64,000 nucleotides of DNA, taken from a virus. Both the position numbers and the translations under genes were made by a program. Location of the stretch: IMG/VR virus record IMGVR_UViG_3300036766_000416, positions 1-64,000 of that record; one strand, written 5' to 3'. Shown in pieces: positions 24,144 to 32,480 of this stretch. Numbering within the stretch: position 1 is the stretch's first letter; each line of letters opens with the position of its first letter. Below the pieces are notes generated by a model, which was not told the DNA's origin, did not search any database, and saw only the letters and a program-made list of their open reading frames with translations.

Positions 24144-24896
24144 ATGATGCGAGTGAAAAATACCGCAACTACAACTGAGCGCGTGAACCAACTCATGAGC
24201 ACGGAGGAACCTACGTACCCAGGACTCCCTACGGAATTATCGTCACATGATATCGCCCTCGCGCTCAATTGGTACAGTTCAAACAGTGACAAAGAGCAAT
24301 CCCATAAATACCTCGCAGATTACTGCAAGACCAAAAAGATCAAAGTCTCCCAAAGGCAACTAGAGATGCAGGTACCTACCTTAGGTTTTGTGTGTAGGAT
24401 GCTCACCCGCGGCGCCATCCTCGATAAGAAGTCTCAAGATTGGCTCGATACGCGATTGAAAACGATGTCCTTGGTGCGAGAGTCCCTGTTCAATGAACAA
24501 CAAGAAACCCATGCACCAGAACCTGTTGTCAAACCTGTCAGTGTTCAGGACCGCATCAAAGCAAAATCTAGTCGGTGTATCGGGGCCCTTGAAGGTCTCG
24601 TCGATGAGTTTATCCTCTCCGAATTTAAGACCCAACCTAATATCCTCTCTGTGCTTCGGTCCCACGAAATTAAAGGGCCAACAGGTCCAGCGATTATCAA
24701 TTTTTTCAAGAAAAACCGCGATGAATTCAAGGTGGCCCATGAGGGCACCGATAAAGTCCTCAATGAGGGCTATAGCAACTACACGGTCCCTCAACTTAGA
24801 AAGATGGAACGGTTGTATGATGATATCATGTCGGATACCCTGACAGCCATGGGTGAATCCAAGGCATCGAAGAAAAAGAGTAAGAAGACAAAATGA
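24144..24896 (+). CDS. Conserved T4-like hypothetical protein upstream of RNase H
   Basis: LALNWYS, EGYSNY motifs; position before rnh. Confidence 0.65.
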   Translation: MMRVKNTATTTERVNQLMSTEEPTYPGLPTELSSHDIALALNWYSSNSDKEQSHKYLADYCKTKKIKVSQRQLEMQVPTLGFVCRMLTRGAILDKKSQDWLDTRLKTMSLVRESLFNEQQETHAPEPVVKPVSVQDRIKAKSSRCIGALEGLVDEFILSEFKTQPNILSVLRSHEIKGPTGPAIINFFKKNRDEFKVAHEGTDKVLNEGYSNYTVPQLRKMERLYDDIMSDTLTAMGESKASKKKSKKTK

Positions 24897-25744
24897 TTTT
24901 GGTTGATTGGGGACAGATTTTTTATGCGACCATGTTCGGTCACCTTGCACACACCAAGCAGACCGAACCGGACGTCGCCATGATTAGGCACCTGATGCTC
25001 AATAGTTTGAGGTCCACTGTGAAACGCTTCAAGGCAACCTATGGTGAGGTCGTCGTGATCTGTGATGACACCAACTACTGGCGCAAAGATGTGTTCCAAC
25101 ACTACAAGGCTCATCGAAAGAGTGATCGTGACAAGTCACCATTCAATTGGGTTGCGGTGTTCAACTGCATGGATACGCTGCGTGGTGAGATTCAGCAACA
25201 CCTGATGTATAAGGTCTTACAGGTACCTAGAGCGGAAGCCGATGATATTATCGGGGTGCTGGCCCCATTGGTTGCTGCGGAGCAATCCGTGATGATCGTC
25301 AGTGGTGACAAAGATTTTATTCAATGTCAGGCGTACCCAAATGTCCGACAGTATTCGCCGCAGCTTGAGAAGCAATTAGTGGAACAGAATCCCATGTCCA
25401 TTCTCAAGGAACATGTGATCCGCGGTGACTCTGGTGACGGGATACCCAACATACTCTCGGCCGATGATGTGTTTGTGTCGGGTGGACGCCAGACACCTAT
25501 ACAGTCGAAGAAAGTCGCCGTGTGGTTGACTCAGACACCAGAGGAATTCTGTACCTCGGGCGATATGTTGCGGAACTATAGAAGAAACGAGATGTTGATT
25601 GACCTGAGACAGATACCTACTCACATGAAGGTTGAGATCGTGCAGGCCTATGAATCAGCGACCCGTGCGAGCCGTAGCCAGTTTTTGACGTACCTGATGG
25701 TTTCGGGATTGAGAGAGTTGACGAGATCGATAGAAGATTTTTAA
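24893..25744 (+). CDS. rnh: T4-type RNase H (5'-3' exonuclease)
   Basis: ILVD, YWRKD.F..YKAHRK, EADDIIG, SGDKDF, GDSGDGIPN. Confidence 0.93.
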   Translation: MILVDWGQIFYATMFGHLAHTKQTEPDVAMIRHLMLNSLRSTVKRFKATYGEVVVICDDTNYWRKDVFQHYKAHRKSDRDKSPFNWVAVFNCMDTLRGEIQQHLMYKVLQVPRAEADDIIGVLAPLVAAEQSVMIVSGDKDFIQCQAYPNVRQYSPQLEKQLVEQNPMSILKEHVIRGDSGDGIPNILSADDVFVSGGRQTPIQSKKVAVWLTQTPEEFCTSGDMLRNYRRNEMLIDLRQIPTHMKVEIVQAYESATRASRSQFLTYLMVSGLRELTRSIEDF

Positions 25745-25758
25745 CAATTGGAGATTTT

Positions 25759-26304
25759 ATGAAGTATAGCAATGTTCTTTTCAGTGAGATAATGGCCGAA
25801 TTTGGAAAATGTAGGACGCGGGAGAAACGTATAGAAGTATTGCGAAAGTATGGGGATAACCGGTGGTTTTTAGAATTCTGCAACTACGCATTCAACCCTC
25901 GGATTCAATTCGACATCGACAATATTCCGAACTACAAGCCCGCGGTGGAACCCGCGGGTCTCAATTACGCCTCATTGACCAATGAGATTCGCCGGTTGTA
26001 TATTTTTATTACTGGCCACCCTAAGCGCACAGGAAAATTGGACCCGAAAAGAGAAGCGAGGATTCTCCATGCGTTGCTGAGTTCCCTCCACAGGGATGAA
26101 GCAGCGTTGTTGGTGAAGTTGTTCGTCAAGAAACTTGAGGTGCCCTATCTCTCAGCGCGATTAGTGAAAGAAGCGTTTCCTCAGTTGCCGTTTGAGGTCA
26201 ATGATCCTATTGTTGAGCCTCCATTGGAGCAAGGTGACCCAGTGGTTGAAACACCTGTGGTACTCACAGGACCCAAGAGAACAATCAAAACCAAAAAGGT
26301 GTGA
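25759..26304 (+). CDS. Conserved T4-like hypothetical protein
   Basis: E.RRLY.F, LL.SLH..EA.LL motif pattern after rnh. Confidence 0.65.
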   Translation: MKYSNVLFSEIMAEFGKCRTREKRIEVLRKYGDNRWFLEFCNYAFNPRIQFDIDNIPNYKPAVEPAGLNYASLTNEIRRLYIFITGHPKRTGKLDPKREARILHALLSSLHRDEAALLVKLFVKKLEVPYLSARLVKEAFPQLPFEVNDPIVEPPLEQGDPVVETPVVLTGPKRTIKTKKV

Positions 26305-26306
26305 TT

Positions 26307-26531
26307 ATGTATGCGTGGGTGATTGAAAAGAGTCACAAGGATCATTACTCTGGTCCCCTGTATTATGCGATGGGGGAGTTTCCTGGTGAAGCTGAATATT
26401 GGACGACTGACCCCTATAAGGCTGTGCGATTCTCACGACAGCAGGATGCCCAGGACGTGATGCGAGGATTCAACATTTCTCTCGCCTCAGCGGTCGAGCA
26501 CGAGTTTGATGAGCGATATAAGGTGAGATAG
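26307..26531 (+). CDS. Hypothetical protein
   Basis: In-series ORF. Confidence 0.5.
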   Translation: MYAWVIEKSHKDHYSGPLYYAMGEFPGEAEYWTTDPYKAVRFSRQQDAQDVMRGFNISLASAVEHEFDERYKVR

Positions 26532-27295
26532 TGAAAACCTTTGCGATTATCACCCCCACGATTGGGGGTCCTGAATTAGAACGGTGTATTCTCTCATTGC
26601 GCGGGCAGGACTGTAGGCATATCATCGTGGTTGATGGTTCAGTTTATAATGCGAAAGTCAATAATATACTGCTGAGGGTCGGTCTAACAAACCAAATTCG
26701 TTGTATTTGGTTAGAAGATAATATTGGTCGCACTGGTGGGAATTTTTATGGTCACCGAGCATTCGCAGCAGCGTCGTTCCTGGTCAATGAGGATGTGTTG
26801 TGCTACCTCGACCCAGACAATTGGGTGGAACCAGAGTATATTGAGTCGTTTCGTGAGGTCCTGAGTGATCCTAAATATCAGTGGGCTTACACCCTTCGCA
26901 GGGTTGTGGACCCTCAAGGGAACTACATTTGCCATGACGATTGTGAGAGCTTGGGTCACTGGCCTGTGATGGGAGACCCTAATAGGTATCACATTGATAC
27001 GGGGTGCTTTGCGGTACCACGAGAGATTGCGTTGAAGGTGGGTCATAATTGGCATGGACAATGGGGTGCTGACAGGCAGTTCTTTGGTGCACTGAAAGAC
27101 TTTGCGCCGATGTTTGGATGTACCAATCACTATACACTCAATTATCGGTTGGGTGGGGCCACGAACATGGCGACCCAAGAGATGTTTCTTCGTGGGAACA
27201 AGATCACATCCGACATGTATAAGGGAGAATTTCCTTGGCGAAACCTACGCGAACGCAAGAAGTTGATTCTGAATTATCAGACAACTCAGGAGTAA
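26531..27295 (+). CDS. Glycosyltransferase family 2
   Basis: AIITPTIG, IIVVDG, YLDPDN (DxD), IDTGCF, WGADR. Confidence 0.8.
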   Translation: MKTFAIITPTIGGPELERCILSLRGQDCRHIIVVDGSVYNAKVNNILLRVGLTNQIRCIWLEDNIGRTGGNFYGHRAFAAASFLVNEDVLCYLDPDNWVEPEYIESFREVLSDPKYQWAYTLRRVVDPQGNYICHDDCESLGHWPVMGDPNRYHIDTGCFAVPREIALKVGHNWHGQWGADRQFFGALKDFAPMFGCTNHYTLNYRLGGATNMATQEMFLRGNKITSDMYKGEFPWRNLRERKKLILNYQTTQE

Positions 27296-27300
27296 TCAAC

Positions 27301-27873
27301 GTGATCCCTGATGGGGCCATGTCGATTGAGGACGTCGTTCAACTGGGATTGTTGAATCACCACACCCATTTCCTCATTGGGGAAATTGACTATGTGAATG
27401 TGTCTCGGGCGATTCAGTGGATTCTGTATGAGAATCGGAATACTGAGCAACCAGATCACCTGACGTTGTATGTGAATTCTGGTGGTGGTGATTTGTATAA
27501 TTCCTTTGCGCTCATTGATATTATTTTGAATTCGAAGATTCCTGTGTGGACTGTGGGTGTAGGAAATGTCATGTCAGGGGCCGCATTGATTTTTGCGTGT
27601 GGGGCCAAAGGGCACCGATACCTGGGGAAGCACACAGGTATTATGATCCACCAGTTCACCACGAGCATTGAAGGTAAAGAGCACGAAATTACAGCTTCAA
27701 TGCGTGAAATGGATTTGTGCCGAGAGCGTGTGAATGACCTGCTTGTAAAGCAATGTAAGATTACTGACAAGACGGTGCGAGAAAAGCTCCTCAATCCATC
27801 AGACGTGTGGATGACAGCCCAAGAGGCGATTCAGTATCACCTGGCTGATAAATTACTGACCACCATTATTTGA
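27301..27873 (+). CDS. clpP: ClpP-like protease subunit
   Basis: YVNSGGG, VMSGAA (Ser), MIHQ (His), D.WMTAQEA; AGGAG SD before GTG. Confidence 0.88.
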   Translation: MIPDGAMSIEDVVQLGLLNHHTHFLIGEIDYVNVSRAIQWILYENRNTEQPDHLTLYVNSGGGDLYNSFALIDIILNSKIPVWTVGVGNVMSGAALIFACGAKGHRYLGKHTGIMIHQFTTSIEGKEHEITASMREMDLCRERVNDLLVKQCKITDKTVREKLLNPSDVWMTAQEAIQYHLADKLLTTII

Positions 27874-27893
27874 AAGGAACAGTGCCCGTGTTG

Positions 27894-28058
27894 ATGTCTA
27901 GAAACCTAGAAAAAACTCCCAAGACGAAGTTTAGAAAAACTCAGTCGGAAGAAAAGATTGTTGAAAAAGTTAAGAATCTCCCCAAGAATCCAGGTCGCGT
28001 AGAGCCCCGTGGTTTTGATATGTGGGAGGATGAGGAGGTATCAAGCGATGGGTGTTGA
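27894..28058 (+). CDS. Small hypothetical protein
   Basis: In-series ORF. Confidence 0.4.
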   Translation: MSRNLEKTPKTKFRKTQSEEKIVEKVKNLPKNPGRVEPRGFDMWEDEEVSSDGC

Positions 28059-28236
28059 TCTAGTCACCGAAATTGCGGTGGCTCAGTCGGACGTGCGTCG
28101 AGCCGAAGTTGCGTTGGCACAGGCCCAGTTAGAGTGCCATAGGGTCCAGAGGCACCTAGAGTCCCTGTTGCGCCAGGGTCGGGAGGGTGGTGTCTACGAG
28201 CAGACGCATGATGACCGCCGGTTGTTGAATGGCTAA
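28048..28236 (+). CDS. Small coiled-coil protein
   Basis: GGAGGT SD. Confidence 0.5.
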   Translation: MGVDLVTEIAVAQSDVRRAEVALAQAQLECHRVQRHLESLLRQGREGGVYEQTHDDRRLLNG

Positions 28237-28480
28237 CACAGTCACCGATGTCTCACATATTCCTCTGGTGGATTGCCGAGGGTTGTTGTGCCCTCTGCCT
28301 ATCGTCAAGGTTAGGCTGAAGCTCAACCTGCTCCAGAAGGGTGACGAGATATTGATACTCGCTGATGACCCTGTATTCGCCACTGATTTCAAGAGGTTCT
28401 GCTACCTTGCGAGTTTGTCTATCCTAGCATCAGAGAAAACCCCAGAATATCAAGCTTACCATGTCCAGGTGACCCTCTAA
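28229..28480 (+). CDS. tusA: TusA/SirA sulfur-carrier protein
   Basis: VDCRGLLCPLPIVK (CPxP), GDEILILADDP. Confidence 0.88.
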   Translation: MANTVTDVSHIPLVDCRGLLCPLPIVKVRLKLNLLQKGDEILILADDPVFATDFKRFCYLASLSILASEKTPEYQAYHVQVTL

Positions 28481-28509
28481 CCCCTTGATTTTATTGAGAA
28501 ACTTAACAC

Positions 28510-28547
28510 TTGACAATACCTGCCAAGTATGACATAATTAGATCATG
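28510..28547 (+). promoter_or_regulatory. Early promoter, short copy of repeated cassette
   Basis: TTGACA-17nt-CATAAT-TAGATCATG. Confidence 0.8.
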
Positions 28548-29075
28548 TATACTAATAAAACTACTGCCGATATGATTGAGAACGCCAGAGTGTTTGCTAC
28601 CGCGGCCCATGCCGCCGTTGGACAGAAGCGTAAGTATACCTTCGAGCCCTATGTTGTTCACCCCATCCAAGTCGCTGAAATTGTCAAGTCTGTTGGTGGA
28701 ACCCCCGCGATGATCTGTGCTGCGTTGCTCCATGATGTCCTTGAGGACACCAAGGTGCCCGAGTGGGTGCTGAGAGAGGAGTTTGGTGACCTTGTGACTG
28801 ATATGGTTGTGTGGCTCACCAAGGTTGAGGTTCCTGGAAACCGCAAAGTCTGTAAAGAGGCCGAGTTGAGACGATTGTATGGAGCCCCTGAAGAAGTTCA
28901 GACGATCAAGTTGGCCGACCTGATTGCGAATACCCCGTCGATTGTGTTTCACGACCCCAAGTTTGCGAAAACTTTCTTGCGCGAAAAACTAGAATTATTG
29001 GAAGTGCTCACCAAGGGTGACCGTACACTATTGGATCGGGCGCATAAGCAACTTACGGAAACGGAGAATGTATAA
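28545..29075 (+). CDS. HD-domain hydrolase, SpoT/Mesh1-like
   Basis: H..Q.RK...EPY..HP, AALLHDVLEDT, IKLAD..N. Confidence 0.85.
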   Translation: MYTNKTTADMIENARVFATAAHAAVGQKRKYTFEPYVVHPIQVAEIVKSVGGTPAMICAALLHDVLEDTKVPEWVLREEFGDLVTDMVVWLTKVEVPGNRKVCKEAELRRLYGAPEEVQTIKLADLIANTPSIVFHDPKFAKTFLREKLELLEVLTKGDRTLLDRAHKQLTETENV

Positions 29076-29308
29076 TGCCCAGGTTTGAAGTGAGATCGAC
29101 CACGGTCTATCAATATGATGCCGATTCGCAAGACCACGCGAAGTGGTTGATGGAGTATGGTGAAATTCCCTCCAAGGACAATGATCCATTGCGAGTATTT
29201 GTGTCCAGTGTTGAGCGTATTGTGACAGATGAAGAACGGGAGCAGGAACAAAAAATGATCGAACAATCTATTATGTTGTCTAAGGTGAAATCATGTCTAG
29301 ACCAGTGA
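29075..29308 (+). CDS. Hypothetical protein
   Basis: TAATG coupling, GGAG SD. Confidence 0.5.
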   Translation: MPRFEVRSTTVYQYDADSQDHAKWLMEYGEIPSKDNDPLRVFVSSVERIVTDEEREQEQKMIEQSIMLSKVKSCLDQ

Positions 29309-29493
29309 AACGAAAAGTTAGTAAAAAAATTCCCAAGGTCGCCAAGCGAAAAGCGAAGTTGGTCGTTCCTGAGACAATCGCTATCCTGGAGCAAGGTGAG
29401 GACCTGGATAATCTCTACTCGGTGTTCGGTGTGATCGATCAGAATGACATTGATCGGATTCTCGATGGTTCAGTGGGCGTCGATTCTGAATAG
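29293..29493 (+). CDS. Small hypothetical protein
   Basis: AAGGTG SD, basic N-terminus. Confidence 0.45.
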   Translation: MSRPVKRKVSKKIPKVAKRKAKLVVPETIAILEQGEDLDNLYSVFGVIDQNDIDRILDGSVGVDSE

Positions 29494-29505
29494 AAAGGAT
29501 AAATA

Positions 29506-29766
29506 ATGGTACAGCAGCAGAAGTCTCAACAGCAACAGGGTACCCGTGCGGTGTTTCGCTCGTGGTTGTCCACGGTCAAGAGTATGACCTATACCAAGTA
29601 TTCGCGCATGAATCCTGCTGAGAAGCTCGTGATCTACAAAGAATACGGGTCGCGCCAAGGTGTCGCTGGGTTAAAGAAAGCACAAGGTAAGGTCAATGAG
29701 TCTGGACAAAGCGATCAAGCACAAGAAGTCACGGAGGTCTCCGTATCGAAGGTCCAAGTCGTTTGA
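29506..29766 (+). CDS. Hypothetical protein
   Basis: AAGGA SD, Gln-rich N-terminus. Confidence 0.45.
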   Translation: MVQQQKSQQQQGTRAVFRSWLSTVKSMTYTKYSRMNPAEKLVIYKEYGSRQGVAGLKKAQGKVNESGQSDQAQEVTEVSVSKVQVV

Positions 29767-29875
29767 CCCGTCGTGCAGAAACCACAAAGGTTGTCCATGG
29801 TGTCGAGGTAATCGCACCCATCAATCACACAAGGCTGAAGAGTCAGCCGATAGCCGAGTTCAAGAGTCTGAGTAG
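29696..29875 (+). CDS. Small basic Cys/His protein (59 aa, not in track)
   Basis: AAGGT SD; MSLDKAIKHKK...FDPSCRNHKGCPWCRGNR. Confidence 0.65.
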   Translation: MSLDKAIKHKKSRRSPYRRSKSFDPSCRNHKGCPWCRGNRTHQSHKAEESADSRVQESE

Positions 29876-30316
29876 GCGTTGTTTTTTCTTAGAGGCTACC
29901 ATGTTAGCGATGCGGGTGGGGGTTTGAGGTCCGAGTTTTTTGGTTTTGTAGGGTGCTCGTTTTTTGCCAAGTTGACGAATCGAGCAGGCCTCTCGGTGTT
30001 CCTTGGATAATTTCTTTCCTGTCTGCATAATACGCAGTTTTTCTTTATGAGCTTGGGATAGATGTCTTCCCTTATTAGCAAAGAAGATGACTTGTCGAAT
30101 GAGTTCTTCTTTCCCTATTTGACCGGAAATGCTAAGGGACACTAAATGATCGTATTTTATTCCATTCAACTCATAGCATAGCTGATGGGCCTGAGAGTGT
30201 TGTTCTGTTGTAAGGTTTACCCGGTTATCAGGAGAATTGAACTCTTTATTCCAGCGAGTTGCTCTAGGATTTATTCTCTTTTTCCATTCATGAAGGGGAA
30301 TAATGTGATGTATCAT
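29843..30316 (-). CDS. HNH homing endonuclease, family copy 3
   Basis: MIHHIIPLHEWKKR...DNRVNLTTEQH...H; TATAAATA 5 nt upstream on minus strand. Confidence 0.8.
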   Translation of the reverse strand: MIHHIIPLHEWKKRINPRATRWNKEFNSPDNRVNLTTEQHSQAHQLCYELNGIKYDHLVSLSISGQIGKEELIRQVIFFANKGRHLSQAHKEKLRIMQTGKKLSKEHREACSIRQLGKKRAPYKTKKLGPQTPTRIANMVASKKKQRLLRLLNSAIG

Positions 30317-30351
30317 GTTTCTATTTATAATACAAGGAGGAATCATAGACA

Positions 30352-30600
30352 ATGGTGAATAAAGAATTGTTGGCTCCAAAGGAAATTACCCGCGCCGAAC
30401 TGAAAGCGTTGGTGGATGAGTGGACCGAAAAGGGCGGCAAGATCACACAATGCCCACCGGGTGTCGCACTGAATTTTAGGTCGGCTGAGTTGGAGAACAA
30501 TCCGGCTCAGGCAAAGCGTCGGTTTCCCAAGCCTGTCACCACAAAAAAGGCAGGGAAGGATGGGAAGGCCAAGGATAAGTCCAAGAAAAAGTGGAAGTAG
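30352..30600 (+). CDS. Small basic hypothetical protein
   Basis: AGGAGG SD, GGKITQCPPG motif. Confidence 0.6.
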   Translation: MVNKELLAPKEITRAELKALVDEWTEKGGKITQCPPGVALNFRSAELENNPAQAKRRFPKPVTTKKAGKDGKAKDKSKKKWK

Positions 30601-30652
30601 GCCTTGACAAGTGTGTGTAAGTGTGCTATAATATCATGGTTGGAGGTGTATA

Positions 30653-30973
30653 ATGTCAGTAGGACGTGGTCGAAGTAAGCAAGTTTCTCAGGCGGAAAAA
30701 ATTCTGTTGGTGCTCCTGGATGGCCATGAGGCTCCCATTGGTGAGATCGAAACTCTTCTGGGTGCCCAGATTGTCTTGGCTCGTTTCTCAGCGTACCTAT
30801 GGGACCTCAAGCAAGTGGGTGCCGTGGTCAAGCGGAACAAGGTTGGTCGCAAGGTGGTCTCGTTGCAGTTGATGAACATGGAGCCGATGGTAGAGTATAT
30901 GAGAGCCCGTGGTCTCATTGCTCCTCTCCCTGTAGTCCTCAAAGCTGAGGACCTGATGGTCGCTTCCGTTTAA
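30653..30973 (+). CDS. Winged-helix-like hypothetical protein
   Basis: GGAGGT SD, promoter TTGACA 30604/TATAAT. Confidence 0.55.
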   Translation: MSVGRGRSKQVSQAEKILLVLLDGHEAPIGEIETLLGAQIVLARFSAYLWDLKQVGAVVKRNKVGRKVVSLQLMNMEPMVEYMRARGLIAPLPVVLKAEDLMVASV

Positions 30974-31078
30974 TTGGGGTGGAGTTGAGTGAGATTCATA
31001 ACTCTTGGCGGCACCCGCTTTAAGGGTGTTTTGCTGGAAGTCGAATGCTCACTCAACGGTCCATCTCTCTAGGACATT

Positions 31079-31408
31079 ATGAGTTTTTTATCCGATAGCC
31101 TTGAAAGACACCTGAGGGAAATTCAAAACCCCTCCAAGGTGGTCGCTGCGAAACCAGAAGTTTCGTTTGAATACATTGTCGCAACCAAGTCGTTGTTTTT
31201 CAAAGAAGGAACCTCTGACAAAGAGTATCACGTTCAGGTCGTTCGGGTCAGTGCTAACAATCTTGATTGCCACGTTAGATTTCAGTATGGTCGACGAGGA
31301 AAAACTCTCATCGAAGGGTCGAAAACATCCGAGCCCGTTTCGATAGATGAGGCCAGAAGACTTTTCAATGAAGTGGTGAACTCAAAAATTGTCAAGGGGT
31401 ACAGATAG
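31079..31408 (+). CDS. WGR-domain protein
   Basis: SDKEY...YGRRG.......K...KGY pattern. Confidence 0.8.
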   Translation: MSFLSDSLERHLREIQNPSKVVAAKPEVSFEYIVATKSLFFKEGTSDKEYHVQVVRVSANNLDCHVRFQYGRRGKTLIEGSKTSEPVSIDEARRLFNEVVNSKIVKGYR

Positions 31409-32061
31409 TGCGAATCGTAGCAATGAGCGATACCCACGGGTACCACAAGCGTTTGACCATCCCTGATGGTGACCTGTTGATCCATTGTGGTGACTTTTCA
31501 ATGAGGGCCAAGCACCACGACCTCATTCAATTTGCACAGTGGTTCAAGGCACTCCCTCATAAGCACAAGATTTTCGTGCCGGGCAACCACGACATGATCT
31601 GTGAGACTGATCCGCATTGGGCTCGCCAAGAATTGGGTGGGGTGATCTATCTGGACCATAGCGTGACTGGAAGGGTTGAAGGTTATCGTATCTTTGGGTC
31701 CCCCTATACGCAAGCCATCTATGACCCGTCACCGTGGTTCTTTGACTATCAAAAAGGTCCTCGTTCAAGAGAACTGTGGGACCAGATTCCTGATGGCATA
31801 GACATTTTGATTACCCATGGGCCGCCTAAGGGCATCATGGATTTGGTACCCTCTCCTATGCCCGGGGAATCACCGAACGTGGGTGATGTGAACCTTTTGA
31901 CTCGCGTGATGGACGTCAAACCGGCATTGATGTTTTTTGGTCATATTCACGAGGGCTACGGGTCTTATATTCGTGAATATTGGGATACCAAGTTCTATAA
32001 TGTGGCAATTTGCGATGGTCAGTATCAACCAGTGAACCCTGTAACTGTGATGGACATCTGA
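31408..32061 (+). CDS. Metallophosphoesterase
   Basis: SDTHG, HCGDF, GNHD, THGPP, GHIHE. Confidence 0.9.
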   Translation: MRIVAMSDTHGYHKRLTIPDGDLLIHCGDFSMRAKHHDLIQFAQWFKALPHKHKIFVPGNHDMICETDPHWARQELGGVIYLDHSVTGRVEGYRIFGSPYTQAIYDPSPWFFDYQKGPRSRELWDQIPDGIDILITHGPPKGIMDLVPSPMPGESPNVGDVNLLTRVMDVKPALMFFGHIHEGYGSYIREYWDTKFYNVAICDGQYQPVNPVTVMDI

Positions 32062-32073
32062 TAGGAGAACGAT

Positions 32074-32220
32074 ATGCCCCAGTACCTCGTCAAGAATATC
32101 GAGACCCAAGTGGTCTCAGAGTTGCCCCTGATGTCATGGGAACAGTTTCAGAAATTCCTTAGTGACAATTCAAACTACGAGCAGGTACTCACAAGACCTG
32201 CGTTCGTCAAGGTGAACTGA
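32074..32220 (+). CDS. Small protein resembling the next gene (48 aa)
   Basis: AGGAG SD; MPQYLVKNIETQVVSE...FL..N.NYEQV. Confidence 0.55.
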   Translation: MPQYLVKNIETQVVSELPLMSWEQFQKFLSDNSNYEQVLTRPAFVKVN

Positions 32221-32480
32221 TGCCACGCTACGACTTCAAAAACAAAGAGACCGGTGAGGTGTCTGAACACGCCATGACGATTTCTGGACTGGAGACCTTT
32301 GTCAAGGAACACCCAGAGCTTGAACAAGTCTTTCTGTCCCTGAACGTAGGGGACCCTGTGTTGCTGGGTGTCAAGAAGGTGCCTAGCGATTTCACGAATT
32401 ATATCATTTCTCCCATAGAAAAACATTATTTCAAGAAACGTCGAGAGACCCGTTTCGGAACTAGCAAGCAGCAAGTATGA
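32220..32480 (+). CDS. FmdB-like regulatory protein
   Basis: MPRYDFKNKETGEVSE...HPELEQV. Confidence 0.7.
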   Translation: MPRYDFKNKETGEVSEHAMTISGLETFVKEHPELEQVFLSLNVGDPVLLGVKKVPSDFTNYIISPIEKHYFKKRRETRFGTSKQQV

